Source: a bacterium
Lineage (GTDB): Bacteria > Zixibacteria > MSB-5A5 > GN15 > FEB-12
Length of the DNA stretch: 64,000 nt
NCBI GenBank assembly: GCA_030605565.1
Contig: JAUWIB010000099.1
Span: forward strand, 733-64,732
Direction of reading: 5' to 3'
Shown: piece after piece, positions 38,353-47,670 of the stretch
Position numbering within the stretch: position 1 is the first letter of the stretch
How the letters are laid out: each line of letters starts with the position of its first letter
The notes under the pieces: model-generated
Database searches by the model: none
Seen by the model: the letters and a program-made list of their open reading frames with translations, nothing else
Told to the model about the DNA's origin: nothing
Made by a program: the position numbers and the translations under genes

Positions 38353-39424
38353 GGCATAATAGCCAAATTATGTTGGTTTTTTTGTTTGAAGTTATTGGTA
38401 TTGATACTATTGCGTCAAAAGGTGTTGAAGGGGTTTAGTGATGGGTAAAAAAATGGTGTCGTAAATGCGGGGTTCAGGAAGCAGTTCGGTATGGAAAAAG
38501 CAGTCGGGGAAAACAGCGGTGGTATTGTTCTGTCTGTCATTCGACCTTTATTCATTCGGGAATGGATGTTCGTCGTCGTCGTCAACGAGTTTGGTTTGAG
38601 TTGTGGATTCGTGAAGGGTATAGCGTTCGTCAATTAAGCCAGCAGAGCGGATGTACCAAGAGTACCTTACGACGGATAATCCATTACTGGCTGGCCCGTC
38701 CACCGAAGGAGTCGCAGGATTATCACATGTATCAATACCTTGTTATGGACGGAACATACCTGGATGGACGTACCTCGGCGGTCGTTGCAATCGCCGACCC
38801 CTCCTGTAACCGTATTGTTTCGGGTCAGTACGGCGTTAAGGAAGGACAGGCAGAGATGGAAGCCTATTGTGCAACCTTGACGGTCCGTGGTCTCCATCCG
38901 ATGAGTGTAACCATTGATGGGCTGCCGCAAGTGCATCGGATGGTTCTCCGACTGTGGCCGTGGATAATTGTCCAGCGGTGCCTAGTGCACATTCAACGGC
39001 AGGGATTGGCCTGGTGCCGTCATCGTCCCAAAGAGGCCGCCGCCCGCCATCTGCGGGCTTTGTTTCTCCGCGTCACCAAGATCACCAGCGTTTCGGAACG
39101 AGACGATTTCCTGGATGCATGGGAAAAATGGGAACATCGATTCGGGAGCCGCATTGCCGCTCGTCCGGAACGTGGACGAGTCTTTAGTGATATCAAGCGC
39201 GCTCGCAGTATGCTTCAAAAGGCTCTGCCGTTTATGTTCGCATACTTGGATGATCCATCTATCCCATCTTCAACCAACTGGCTTGAAAGCTACTTCAGTC
39301 GTCTAAAAATGCGCTATCGTCAACACCGAGGCCTTCATCCAAAGATGAGAAATAATTACTTCCTCTGGTACTTCCATCTGTGTCATAAATGACCCCGAAA
39401 TCAACACTTTTTGGCTATTATGCC
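38353..39424 (+). mobile_element. Insertion sequence (1,072 bp) with perfect 15-bp terminal inverted repeats and a 7-bp target-site duplication
   Basis: The left end GGCATAATAGCCAAA (38353-38367) is the reverse complement of TTTGGCTATTATGCC (39410-39424). The flanking direct repeat CATTGCG sits at 38346-38352 and 39425-39431. Confidence 0.85.
38562..39392 (+). CDS. DDE transposase (family unassigned); the N-terminal zinc ribbon lies upstream, out of frame
   Basis: HTH (YSVRQLSQQSGCTKSTLRRII), candidate catalytic residues in LVMDGTY and VTIDGLP, then IVQRCLVHIQRQ and STNWLESYFSRLK, a D..D..QRCxVH..TNxxE pattern recalling IS256/Mutator. The same frame is open upstream to 38442 and encodes WCRKCG...WYCSVCH. 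Confidence 0.8.
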   Translation: MDVRRRRQRVWFELWIREGYSVRQLSQQSGCTKSTLRRIIHYWLARPPKESQDYHMYQYLVMDGTYLDGRTSAVVAIADPSCNRIVSGQYGVKEGQAEMEAYCATLTVRGLHPMSVTIDGLPQVHRMVLRLWPWIIVQRCLVHIQRQGLAWCRHRPKEAAARHLRALFLRVTKITSVSERDDFLDAWEKWEHRFGSRIAARPERGRVFSDIKRARSMLQKALPFMFAYLDDPSIPSSTNWLESYFSRLKMRYRQHRGLHPKMRNNYFLWYFHLCHK

Positions 39425-39551
39425 CATTGCGAGCGACCGTAGGGAGCGCGGCAATCTCATACTGCATGTCGCCCAACGAATTGAGATTGCCGCGTCGTCC
39501 GCCGCGGCGGACTCCTCGCAATGACGGCTCTCAGGGTTCTTCAACAAGCCC
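39425..39551. repeat. Right part of the family-B element that the IS split
   Basis: CATTGCGAGCGACCGTAGGGAGCGCGGCAATCTC...GAGATTGCCGCGTCG...CTCCTCGCAATGACGGCTCTCAGGGTTCTTCAACAAGCCC. Confidence 0.85.
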
Positions 39552-39627
39552 ACAGGCAATGGTTTCAAGGAATCTGTTGCGGAAAAAGATTGCAGAGGCG
39601 ATATTGAGCACATATAGGAGGTTCACT

Positions 39628-40209
39628 ATGATGAAAAAGAGTTTCAAACACATCTATCAGTTCAAGGTCGCACTTAAGTACACCAAGCCGCCTGTCTGGA
39701 GAAAAATACAGGTTCCTGAAACCTACAGTTTCTGGGACCTGCACTGCGCCATTCAGGACGCGATGGGTTGGACCAATTCGCATCTTCACCTCTTCGAGAT
39801 GCAGAACCCCATCACCGGCGAACGATGCACCATTGAGATCATGGATTTAGACACACTAAACCTGAAGACCATCCATTCCGGGCTTGATCAGATTATCAGC
39901 AGTTGGTTCTCGATGAATAACCGTTCCTGTGTCTACATCTACGATATGGGAGACAACTGGAATCACCGGGTGACGTTGGAGAAGATCATTCCGAGAGAGG
40001 ATGTCACCTACCCCAGATGCCTGACCGGTAAGCGCGCTTGTCCTCCTGAGGACTGCGGCTCTATCCCAGGTTATGAGGATCTATGCCGCGGTGAGAGTGA
40101 GTTTCAGGAAGAGTACGAGGGATACGATCCCGAAAAGTTTGATGCCGGAGAAGTCATCTTCGAAGATCCCGACAAAGTCTGGGACTTCGCTTACGGACTG
40201 TTTCAATAG
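39628..40209 (+). CDS. pRiA4b ORF-3-like family protein
   Basis: IYQFKVALKYTKPPVWRKIQVPETYSFWDLHCAIQDAMGWTNSHLHLFEM matches the family's N-terminal signature as I remember it. TAGGAGG lies upstream of ATG 39628. The upstream part of track ORF 39427.. is repeat sequence. Confidence 0.8.
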   Translation: MMKKSFKHIYQFKVALKYTKPPVWRKIQVPETYSFWDLHCAIQDAMGWTNSHLHLFEMQNPITGERCTIEIMDLDTLNLKTIHSGLDQIISSWFSMNNRSCVYIYDMGDNWNHRVTLEKIIPREDVTYPRCLTGKRACPPEDCGSIPGYEDLCRGESEFQEEYEGYDPEKFDAGEVIFEDPDKVWDFAYGLFQ

Positions 40210-40305
40210 CCACCCGGAACGTCGCCCTGTATGGGAGTCATACCTACTCGATCTAATGTCGGGTAGTGCCATGCCTGAGGCCTATACTGATTGCGCAGGG
40301 GATCC

Positions 40306-40983
40306 ATGATGGACCGCTACTACTCAGACAAACTCCCCGCCGAACGGCTGCGTCGATGCTACGAGATCGCGCCACAGCGGGTGAAGCAGTACTTGCAGGC
40401 CGAGATTGACCATGTCTTGAAGCATGTCGGCCCTGATTCTACCATCGTCGAACTTGGCTGCGGATACGGTCGCGTGCTCAAGGCGCTGGCTGAACATGTC
40501 GAGACCGCTGTCGGCATCGACACGTCCCTCGACAGCCTGGTGATGGCTCGCGATTCGCTTCGAGATTATGACAATTGCCACCTGGTTCAAACGAATGCAG
40601 TCAACACAGGTCTTGCGGATGACGCTTTCGATGTCGTCGTGTGCATTCAGAACGGCATCTCGGCCTTCCATGTTGACCACCGTGAACTCGTGCGCGAGGC
40701 GGTGCGAATAACTCGACCGGGGGGACTGGCGATGTTTTCAACCTACACCGAGCGCTTCTGGGAACATCGGATCAAATGGTTTGAGCTTCAGGCTGAGGCG
40801 GGGCTATTGGGTGAAATCGACTATGATGCCAGCGGTGACGGCGTTGTTGTCTGCAAGGACGGGTTTCGCGCGACGACAGTGTCACCCGGGGAATTCACGC
40901 GAATGACAGACGACCTTGACGCCAAGGTATCTCTCGTCGAAGTGGACGGGTCGAGTTTGTTTTGTGAGATAAGGGTAGCGTAG
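40306..40983 (+). CDS. Class I SAM-dependent methyltransferase
   Basis: IVELGCGYGRVL (motif I), followed by DVVVCIQNGISAF and TRPGGLAMFS. Confidence 0.85.
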   Translation: MMDRYYSDKLPAERLRRCYEIAPQRVKQYLQAEIDHVLKHVGPDSTIVELGCGYGRVLKALAEHVETAVGIDTSLDSLVMARDSLRDYDNCHLVQTNAVNTGLADDAFDVVVCIQNGISAFHVDHRELVREAVRITRPGGLAMFSTYTERFWEHRIKWFELQAEAGLLGEIDYDASGDGVVVCKDGFRATTVSPGEFTRMTDDLDAKVSLVEVDGSSLFCEIRVA

Positions 40984-40991
40984 GAATCCTC

Positions 40992-41018
40992 GTAGGTCAG
41001 GAGCCCTGCGCTCCTGAC
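40992..41018. repeat. Family-D hairpin
   Basis: GTAGGTCAGGAGCCCTGCGCTCCTGAC. Confidence 0.8.
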
Positions 41019-41062
41019 ATGGCAGGTCTCTATCTCGTACACAGGACGTGGCCCGGACGTTC

Positions 41063-41224
41063 GGGAGTGTTGAAAAAGCTCTTTTCCTCGTCATTGCGAG
41101 CGACCGAAGGGAGCGCGGCAATCTCATACGTCAAGTCTGCCAACGGATTGAGATTGCCGCGTCGCTACGACACGAGTGTCTTCGCTCCTCGCAATGACGG
41201 CTCTCAGGGTTTTTCAACAAGCCC
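41063..41224. repeat. Complete family-B structured element (about 160 bp, nested inverted repeats)
   Basis: Outer pair GTTGAAAAAGC / GGTTTTTCAAC, middle pair GTCATTGCGAG / CTCGCAATGAC, inner pair GCGGCAATCTC / GAGATTGCCGC. Confidence 0.85.
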
Positions 41225-41285
41225 CTTGGTCCGGGTCTCAATGGCGCCCCACTTGTAGCCAAGCGACAGATGGGATCTGACACAG

Positions 41286-41318
41286 ATAAACCCACCCGAC
41301 GCTGACGCTCTGGGTGGG
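41286..41318 (-). terminator. Candidate terminator downstream of the HEAT-repeat gene
   Basis: Minus strand CCCACCCAGAGCGTCAGCGTCGGGTGGG followed by TTTATCTGTG, about 40 nt after the stop. Confidence 0.4.
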
Positions 41319-41353
41319 CTACCGAGCAGCCACAGGAACGCGGCTTGACTGTT

Positions 41354-43576
41354 CTACCGCCTGTCCAGCAACTCTTTGATTGCCTTGTTGACCGCTGAGT
41401 TCTTGAGAAACAGCTTCTGAGTCCTGGACATATTGTCGTCATAGTCGCGGATGGAATCAATCGCCTCAATGTCGCCGATATTCCCAAGTGCTTTGATCGC
41501 AGCCAGTCTCAGATCGTCCTTGGATACACCCTCTCCTACCAGACGGATCAGTTCGTCTTCGCATCCGAGCAGCTTGACCAGGTAGCCCCTGGCTTCATCG
41601 CCACCGAGTCTTCCCAGGGCATAGACGCAGCGGGCTGACAGCGACGGATGCCTACGGGCGACATCAATAAACAACGGCGCCGCTTCCGGGGTACCGATGA
41701 TACCGGCAGCGATTACTGCGCTTTCGCCGATTTCGCGGTCGCTATCGTCAGCCATGACAATCAGCAGATCACAGGCGTCATCCCCGTCGATTTTCTCCAG
41801 AGCCGCAACGATCTCGCGTCGCACCCGGATGTCCTTGTCGTTGATACGCAGCCGCAACGCCGGAACCCCCTCGGGATCTCTTAATGAACCAAGAACGAAA
41901 ACAGTGTTGCGTATGACATACCATCGCGCGTCCGGCAACTCATGTCTGCCGCTATCGCGTTCGAACATGGCGTCATCGGCCATAATAGTCGAAAACACTT
42001 TCAACGACGCCTTGCCCAGTTCAGCCAGAACTTTCAGTGTCTGTTGACGAATCTGCCGCACCGGATGAGAGATGATGTTGGCCAGCGCCAGCGCCACTTC
42101 CTCAGTACCGATAGCCACCAGAACCTCTCTGATGGACGCGGCCGTTTCATGGTCTGCTTTGACCATCTCATCGATGAGAGCGTTTATCACCTCGGGACGA
42201 TTGATGTTTGAGAAGGCGTGTTTGACCGCCATGGAGTCATAAATCGTAACCGAATCCGCAAACCGTCGGCGCCCGGCCATTGCTGTGGTCAGCCGCGCCA
42301 ACAGATCGAACCGATCCGATGACAGACTCTTCTCTACCAGCGTCCAGATGACCTCGGAGTATTCGTAGGTTTCGGTTTTCTTTTTCAAACGGTCGATCAC
42401 GCGCTCGATAACGACGTTACAAACGGCTGTATCGGACGTGAGATTGAACGACTGCACGGCGCCTTCCAGAAGGGCCAGAGCAATCTGACGTCGCATCGGT
42501 TCCGGCGCCTCCAACAGGTCCATCAATTCAGAGATTACCTGAATCGCCTTGTCCTGCTGCCCGGTTTTCAACAGACGCGAGAAACCATCCGTGTACTCTT
42601 TGAGGTTCGGTTGTTCCTCCGCACCGCGCAGGAATTGTTGAACCAACTGATCAAGCTTGCCGCCGACCTCCAGTCGAATAGCACCGGACGGAGTCGTCAT
42701 CTGCGAGGCCATCTTGCTGCACACATCCAACTGCTCGAGTGATTCGTCCAGAGCGTCGACGATCTTGTTTCGGTCATGGTGGTAATCCGTCAGTCGGTAA
42801 GCTGCCCGGTAAGACTGCACCAGCGATTGCTTTCTATCGGCATCCTGCTCCCCCGCAATCTTACTCGCCAAAGCAGAGAGGTGCGTCCGTATGGTATCGC
42901 CGTCAAGCGACGCTATTTTCTCTGGTAACAAGTAACGAATAATGTCGATCTCGAAGTCTATGTCGTGTTGATCCAGCGCCTCCTGACCGGTTGCGTCGAT
43001 CTGTGCCAGAAGCGAAGGACCGTTCCCCAGGCGCTGCATGACGAAGCTCTTGACTGAGAAGTCCGCCTGTACATCGCCGCGATATTGCTTGTTGTTCTCG
43101 AACATGGCAAAGGCATGTTCGGAATTCACTTCGATCGTATCGACCTTGTTTTCACGCAGGATATCGGTCAGCAGATTCCGATGGTCGGACTGGTCGACTC
43201 GTTTGACAAAGCGATCAACAAAACGCGTAAATTCGTTCATGGCGAGACGATGCTCGAACAGGAGCGCCTCGACATCAAGTTGCTGCATGTAGCGAACGAT
43301 TTCCCGTACGAAAACACTGTCCTTCAGACGAATGTTCAGAATGTACAACTCGCCCCGAGAGAGGTTGAGATTGATGTAGCGCTTAAAGCGGAAGATCCAT
43401 TCGAAGGCGAGGAACGGTTTTTCCAGCGCCCGGAGAGCCATCGGATGGCCGGAGCCGTAGATTGAAACCTTGCGAGCGCCCATGGCCAACTCCCTGACCA
43501 GAGAATGGGCCAGTTCGTTGAGGTCGGCAGCCAGAATCGATTCGTTGATTGAGTCGGCTGATTTCTTCATGTTCAT
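41354..43576 (-). CDS. HEAT-repeat protein (about 740 aa)
   Basis: The C-terminal third has HEAT/PBS-lyase-like repeats (IRVRREIVAALEKI, SARCVYALGRLGGDEA, LRLAAIKALGNIGDIEA). The start is taken as ATG 43576 (MNMKKSADS). The 5' part of the track ORF is an out-of-frame read of the upstream gene. Confidence 0.65.
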   Translation of the reverse strand: MNMKKSADSINESILAADLNELAHSLVRELAMGARKVSIYGSGHPMALRALEKPFLAFEWIFRFKRYINLNLSRGELYILNIRLKDSVFVREIVRYMQQLDVEALLFEHRLAMNEFTRFVDRFVKRVDQSDHRNLLTDILRENKVDTIEVNSEHAFAMFENNKQYRGDVQADFSVKSFVMQRLGNGPSLLAQIDATGQEALDQHDIDFEIDIIRYLLPEKIASLDGDTIRTHLSALASKIAGEQDADRKQSLVQSYRAAYRLTDYHHDRNKIVDALDESLEQLDVCSKMASQMTTPSGAIRLEVGGKLDQLVQQFLRGAEEQPNLKEYTDGFSRLLKTGQQDKAIQVISELMDLLEAPEPMRRQIALALLEGAVQSFNLTSDTAVCNVVIERVIDRLKKKTETYEYSEVIWTLVEKSLSSDRFDLLARLTTAMAGRRRFADSVTIYDSMAVKHAFSNINRPEVINALIDEMVKADHETAASIREVLVAIGTEEVALALANIISHPVRQIRQQTLKVLAELGKASLKVFSTIMADDAMFERDSGRHELPDARWYVIRNTVFVLGSLRDPEGVPALRLRINDKDIRVRREIVAALEKIDGDDACDLLIVMADDSDREIGESAVIAAGIIGTPEAAPLFIDVARRHPSLSARCVYALGRLGGDEARGYLVKLLGCEDELIRLVGEGVSKDDLRLAAIKALGNIGDIEAIDSIRDYDDNMSRTQKLFLKNSAVNKAIKELLDRR

Positions 43577-44702
43577 CCCCAAAACAGGTGATCTCTCCTT
43601 CATCGGTGGCGACAAGCAGTCGCCTCCCATCGGAAACCGGAGGCACGGCAATGGCGCCGTCCATTTGGCGCTGATCGACCACCGTGCCGGTGGCGGCGTC
43701 CAGGCAGAACAGCTTGCCGCCCATAGTGCCGACCACCACGAACTTTCCAATTGCCGTGGCCGAGGCTCGCACCACTTCGACCGTCTGGAAGCGCCAGAGT
43801 TCCTCACCGGTCGTACTCTGAAGCGCTACCAGTTCGCCGCTGCTGAGACCCACAAACAGCCTGCCGTCCAGTACCGCCGGTGCGGTCCAGGCATCCCCGC
43901 CCAGGGATGTCTGCCAAACGATGCGGCCGTCGTCGCTGTCCAGAGCAAACACGGCGCCACGAACACCGGACACGTAGATCATGTCATCCACGGCCACTGA
44001 AGCTGCCACAGGTTCAGGCAACTCAACCCGAAATAACTCTTGTCCGTCCTCAACCGCGACCGCCAGCAGCGTCCCGTTGTCGACCGGCTGATACACCTTC
44101 TCGGCGTCACAAGTCGGCCCGGCAACCAGGAGGCCTTCCACTTCCATGCTCCACAACAGGTTTCCGGTATGGGCGTCGAATGCCTGCAACAAACCGGAGC
44201 TGGAGGCAACAATCAGGCGGTTATCTATTATTATCGTCCCCGCTGCAACATCCTTTACGCACCGCCGCCAAACTCGTCGACGATTGGCCAGGTCAATGCA
44301 GCATAGCCGCTCATAGGGCAGGGATGTCCCGTAGTAGGCCAACGAATCAATCATGGTCAGACCGGTCTGGACCGACCTTTTAGCCTGCCAGTGCCCGAGA
44401 TAATCGCCGTCGACCTGGTCAAAAAAACGAATCTTGCGTCTTGACCCGGGATATATCAGGATACCGTGACTGATGGTGAGTGGTCCTGCCGGCTTGTCGC
44501 CAATACGTTTCTCCCACAGGATGTTCAGATGGCCGTTGAAGTTGTCCGACTCAGCGCTGCCAAGGCTCTGGATGGAGCCACGATGAAACGGCCAGGCCGA
44601 CGGCAGGGCCAATTGCTCATCGCTCAATCTAAAGCGACGTGAACAACCAATACTCAGCAGTAACAGCGTCACCAGAGCTATCAAAGAAAGACGAAACGTC
44701 AT
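43383..44702 (-). CDS. PQQ-like beta-propeller lipoprotein (BamB-like fold)
   Basis: Lipobox LLLLSIGCS, then repeated blade motifs (LLQAFDAHTGNLLW, VFALDSDDGRIVW, LVALQSTTGEELW, LFCLDAATGTV). Its ATG overlaps the upstream stop (TGATG). The last 60 or so residues are low-complexity and overlap the HEAT gene. Confidence 0.7.
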   Translation of the reverse strand: MTFRLSLIALVTLLLLSIGCSRRFRLSDEQLALPSAWPFHRGSIQSLGSAESDNFNGHLNILWEKRIGDKPAGPLTISHGILIYPGSRRKIRFFDQVDGDYLGHWQAKRSVQTGLTMIDSLAYYGTSLPYERLCCIDLANRRRVWRRCVKDVAAGTIIIDNRLIVASSSGLLQAFDAHTGNLLWSMEVEGLLVAGPTCDAEKVYQPVDNGTLLAVAVEDGQELFRVELPEPVAASVAVDDMIYVSGVRGAVFALDSDDGRIVWQTSLGGDAWTAPAVLDGRLFVGLSSGELVALQSTTGEELWRFQTVEVVRASATAIGKFVVVGTMGGKLFCLDAATGTVVDQRQMDGAIAVPPVSDGRRLLVATDEGEITCFGDEHEEISRLNQRIDSGCRPQRTGPFSGQGVGHGRSQGFNLRLRPSDGSPGAGKTVPRLRMDLPL

Positions 44703-47542
44703 CAGAAGTTCCACCCAAAGAAAAAGTCGAAGTCAGTATCGCCGCTGACCGTTTCAAAGTCAGTCGTACGTGTGAAATCGAACCGAAGCAGCACGACATA
44801 GCCCAGCGCCACCCTGAACCCGAAACCAAACGAGCCCAGAAACCGGTCGAACTCGTCGTCCCACGCCGACCCGGTATCAAAAAACAGGGCGCCGCGAATG
44901 CGGCGAAAATCGAAGCCGCCGAACGGTAGACCAATCATCAACACATCGATCAAGGGGAAGCGCAGCTCGGTGGAGGCAAACAAGACGTTTCTATGATAGA
45001 AAGCGTTGCGATCATAACCACGAAATGACCAACTGCCGCCGAAATAGATTCTCTGAGGTTCTTTGCCTGCGGAAGTGTAGGCAAACAGTCGGTTGGCCAC
45101 AGCCGAGTAGCGGCCGAGTCGGAAATAGTGTCGCACGTCAGCCAACGCGATGCGACTGAAGTTGCTACCCCGGTCGAGCGAGTTGGTCACGCCCAGCGTG
45201 AAATTGTAACGTCTCCCCTCAATCGGACCCGATATGTCCCAGAGCGAGTTATCGAAAACCCAACTGAGATAATGGGTGACCAGGAACGCCTCTCGTTCGT
45301 TGAAACGAAAACGACTCTCACGCTTGGAGTATCGCGCCAGGGTGGTCAGATCGACGCGATGAAACTTGGACATGGGATAGCTCAATAGCGCGATGCCACC
45401 GGCCTGGCGTTCGAAGTAATACTGATCGAAATCATTGAAGTACTCATCGTAGAGATGATACAAACCAACACCCCAGTTAAGTCTGCGTTCCTTGTTGACA
45501 TAGGTGACGCCGACGTTGAACGACTCCAACAGTTCGTCCTTGGTCGTGGCGGTATTAGTCAAGAGAAAGTAATAGGCGCGGTTGCCCAGAACATCGGACA
45601 TGGCCGCCTGAAAACCACCGAGGGAACCATAGACCGGATCATATCCGACGGACGACTGAGCGATGTCAAAGGAATAGTCAGTATCATATTTGACCGATGA
45701 ACGACTATACTTGCGATCGATCTGCGGCGGACGCCATGAGGAATGACCCAACGAAGACGGTTGTTCCACCAGTTCTGCACTCTGAGGTATATCCATCTCA
45801 TAGATACGGTAGCCCATATCCTGGTAACCGGTGTACGTCAGGCGGCGACCGTCCCGGGTCAGTCGTGGATCAAAGGCGCCGGTAACATAGGTGGATTGCT
45901 GTGTCAATTGACCCGCTTCGTCCAACAGAAAAAGATTGTAGGCGCCGGTGCGATTAGACGAAAAGTATACACCATGGTCGGCGCACTCCGGCGCCTGATC
46001 ATCGTAGTTGCCGAAAGTCAGTTGCTCTATCCGACGGTCATCCAGACCGATCTCAAAAAGGTTCAATGCACCGTCGTCTCCGTGGGCGTTACGATTCGAG
46101 GAAAAGATAACGCGACGACCATCAGTGGTGAACACCGGATCGGTGTCATGATACACATCGCTGGTGAGCGCCAGGTAAGTACCTGTCTGCAAGTCCAGCA
46201 CATAGAGATTCGTAAAACCATTCTTACGCACACCCGAGAAAACAATTCGCTGCCCGTCAGGTGATAAACGTGGAGAACGAGCCTCGATCAAATCATCAAA
46301 CTCATAGCGCCGAGTGACCCGGTCTTCATTCAGATCATAGAGATAGACAACATCGGCATCCTTTGACTTGGACGAAAAAACAACGATCCCCGAATCGTTG
46401 GCGTCGATCCCGGACCTGAGAAGATGCAGTGACTCATAGTCAGCCGACCGCTCCCCTTTGAGCAAAGTGTGGACCTTTCCTTTCTTCTCATCGATAGGGC
46501 GCATGTAGATCCCCGAGTAGCCCCGACGATACGCCTTGTACACGATCCAGTCCTTCGCGCCGTTGCCGTCATCCCAGCGAATGGGCACACCTTTCTCGGA
46601 AAAAACGTGGGTGGTGATGCGCCTCGACTCCATCTTGGGAAGACCCAACTCCCTGATCTCCGGGAAGTACTTTTTCTTCAGATGGTACTCCCACTTTTCC
46701 GACAGTTCGTTGAGGTCATCGCCGAGTGTCAGGGCCACCACCTCATTGAAATCCTTCCCCTTGTGCCAATTTTCAAACAGCCTTGGTATTTTGTCGGGAC
46801 CGTAAGCCGAATCAATGAAGTGGCAAATCGACTCGCCCAGCTTGTACATATAGAATGACCCGCGTATCGTGTACAGCTGATCGATCGGGATCAGCTTATC
46901 GGTGATCACCATGTCTTTGACTACCATGTCAGCCTTGGTCCGCCAATCAGTGGACCAGTATTCGGCCAGCCCTTCGGTAAACCACAGCGGGGGGTAAAAG
47001 CTTCGCGTCCTCGGTCGACGGTCGAGAGCGGCCTTGAGCCTGTCGATCATGAAAACGTGAACCATCTCATGCCGAATCACATGGGTGAAATCGCCGTAGG
47101 AACCGTTGAACGGCACGACGACCCGACCCTTCATGAACTCGATAAAGCCCCCCACGGATTCCGGCAAGAGTCCCGGCAGGACGTTGGTCTGTGAGAAATA
47201 AGTAGGGGACGAATATATGATCAGCGGGATTGTCTTCCTGACCTCATGGTTGAACTTCGCCGCCAGCACTCGGTACGATGTCTCGGCCAGATTCGCCGCG
47301 GTCTGAGCCAGTTGCTCTTCTTCGGCATAGAAGTAGATCCGGAAGTGTTCGGTGGTCATCACCTGCCAGTCGAAACGAGCATACTGCACTTTGTTCTTGC
47401 CGAAATAGAACTGAGCACAACTCTCGCCGACCGCACCCATGACGAAAATCGCTGCCAGAATCGCTATCGTAAGCCACCTGAGGTGGACCAACAGCGACAT
47501 AAGTCTCGAAGTCATGTATTTATCGGACGAACCGTGTATCAT
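44702..47542 (-). CDS. Outer-membrane fusion protein: HExxH peptidase-like domain, TolB-type (PD40) propeller and an Omp85/surface-antigen beta-barrel
   Basis: VIRHEMVHVF; PD40-like repeats (SPRLSPDGQRIVFS, DPVFTTDGRRVIFSS, DPRLTRDGRRLTYT); a C-terminal barrel ending ...DFDFFFGWNF. Confidence 0.75.
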   Translation of the reverse strand: MIHGSSDKYMTSRLMSLLVHLRWLTIAILAAIFVMGAVGESCAQFYFGKNKVQYARFDWQVMTTEHFRIYFYAEEEQLAQTAANLAETSYRVLAAKFNHEVRKTIPLIIYSSPTYFSQTNVLPGLLPESVGGFIEFMKGRVVVPFNGSYGDFTHVIRHEMVHVFMIDRLKAALDRRPRTRSFYPPLWFTEGLAEYWSTDWRTKADMVVKDMVITDKLIPIDQLYTIRGSFYMYKLGESICHFIDSAYGPDKIPRLFENWHKGKDFNEVVALTLGDDLNELSEKWEYHLKKKYFPEIRELGLPKMESRRITTHVFSEKGVPIRWDDGNGAKDWIVYKAYRRGYSGIYMRPIDEKKGKVHTLLKGERSADYESLHLLRSGIDANDSGIVVFSSKSKDADVVYLYDLNEDRVTRRYEFDDLIEARSPRLSPDGQRIVFSGVRKNGFTNLYVLDLQTGTYLALTSDVYHDTDPVFTTDGRRVIFSSNRNAHGDDGALNLFEIGLDDRRIEQLTFGNYDDQAPECADHGVYFSSNRTGAYNLFLLDEAGQLTQQSTYVTGAFDPRLTRDGRRLTYTGYQDMGYRIYEMDIPQSAELVEQPSSLGHSSWRPPQIDRKYSRSSVKYDTDYSFDIAQSSVGYDPVYGSLGGFQAAMSDVLGNRAYYFLLTNTATTKDELLESFNVGVTYVNKERRLNWGVGLYHLYDEYFNDFDQYYFERQAGGIALLSYPMSKFHRVDLTTLARYSKRESRFRFNEREAFLVTHYLSWVFDNSLWDISGPIEGRRYNFTLGVTNSLDRGSNFSRIALADVRHYFRLGRYSAVANRLFAYTSAGKEPQRIYFGGSWSFRGYDRNAFYHRNVLFASTELRFPLIDVLMIGLPFGGFDFRRIRGALFFDTGSAWDDEFDRFLGSFGFGFRVALGYVVLLRFDFTRTTDFETVSGDTDFDFFFGWNF

Positions 47543-47670
47543 TGTCTTGCCATTAAGAACTCTCTATACAGACGAGATAGTGTCTGCTAATGTTCATCGT
47601 TCTGCCAATTGGCGCCGACGCGTCCACCTGAGAAACCGCAGCCATTTCGTTCGACGCACAACCCATGACA

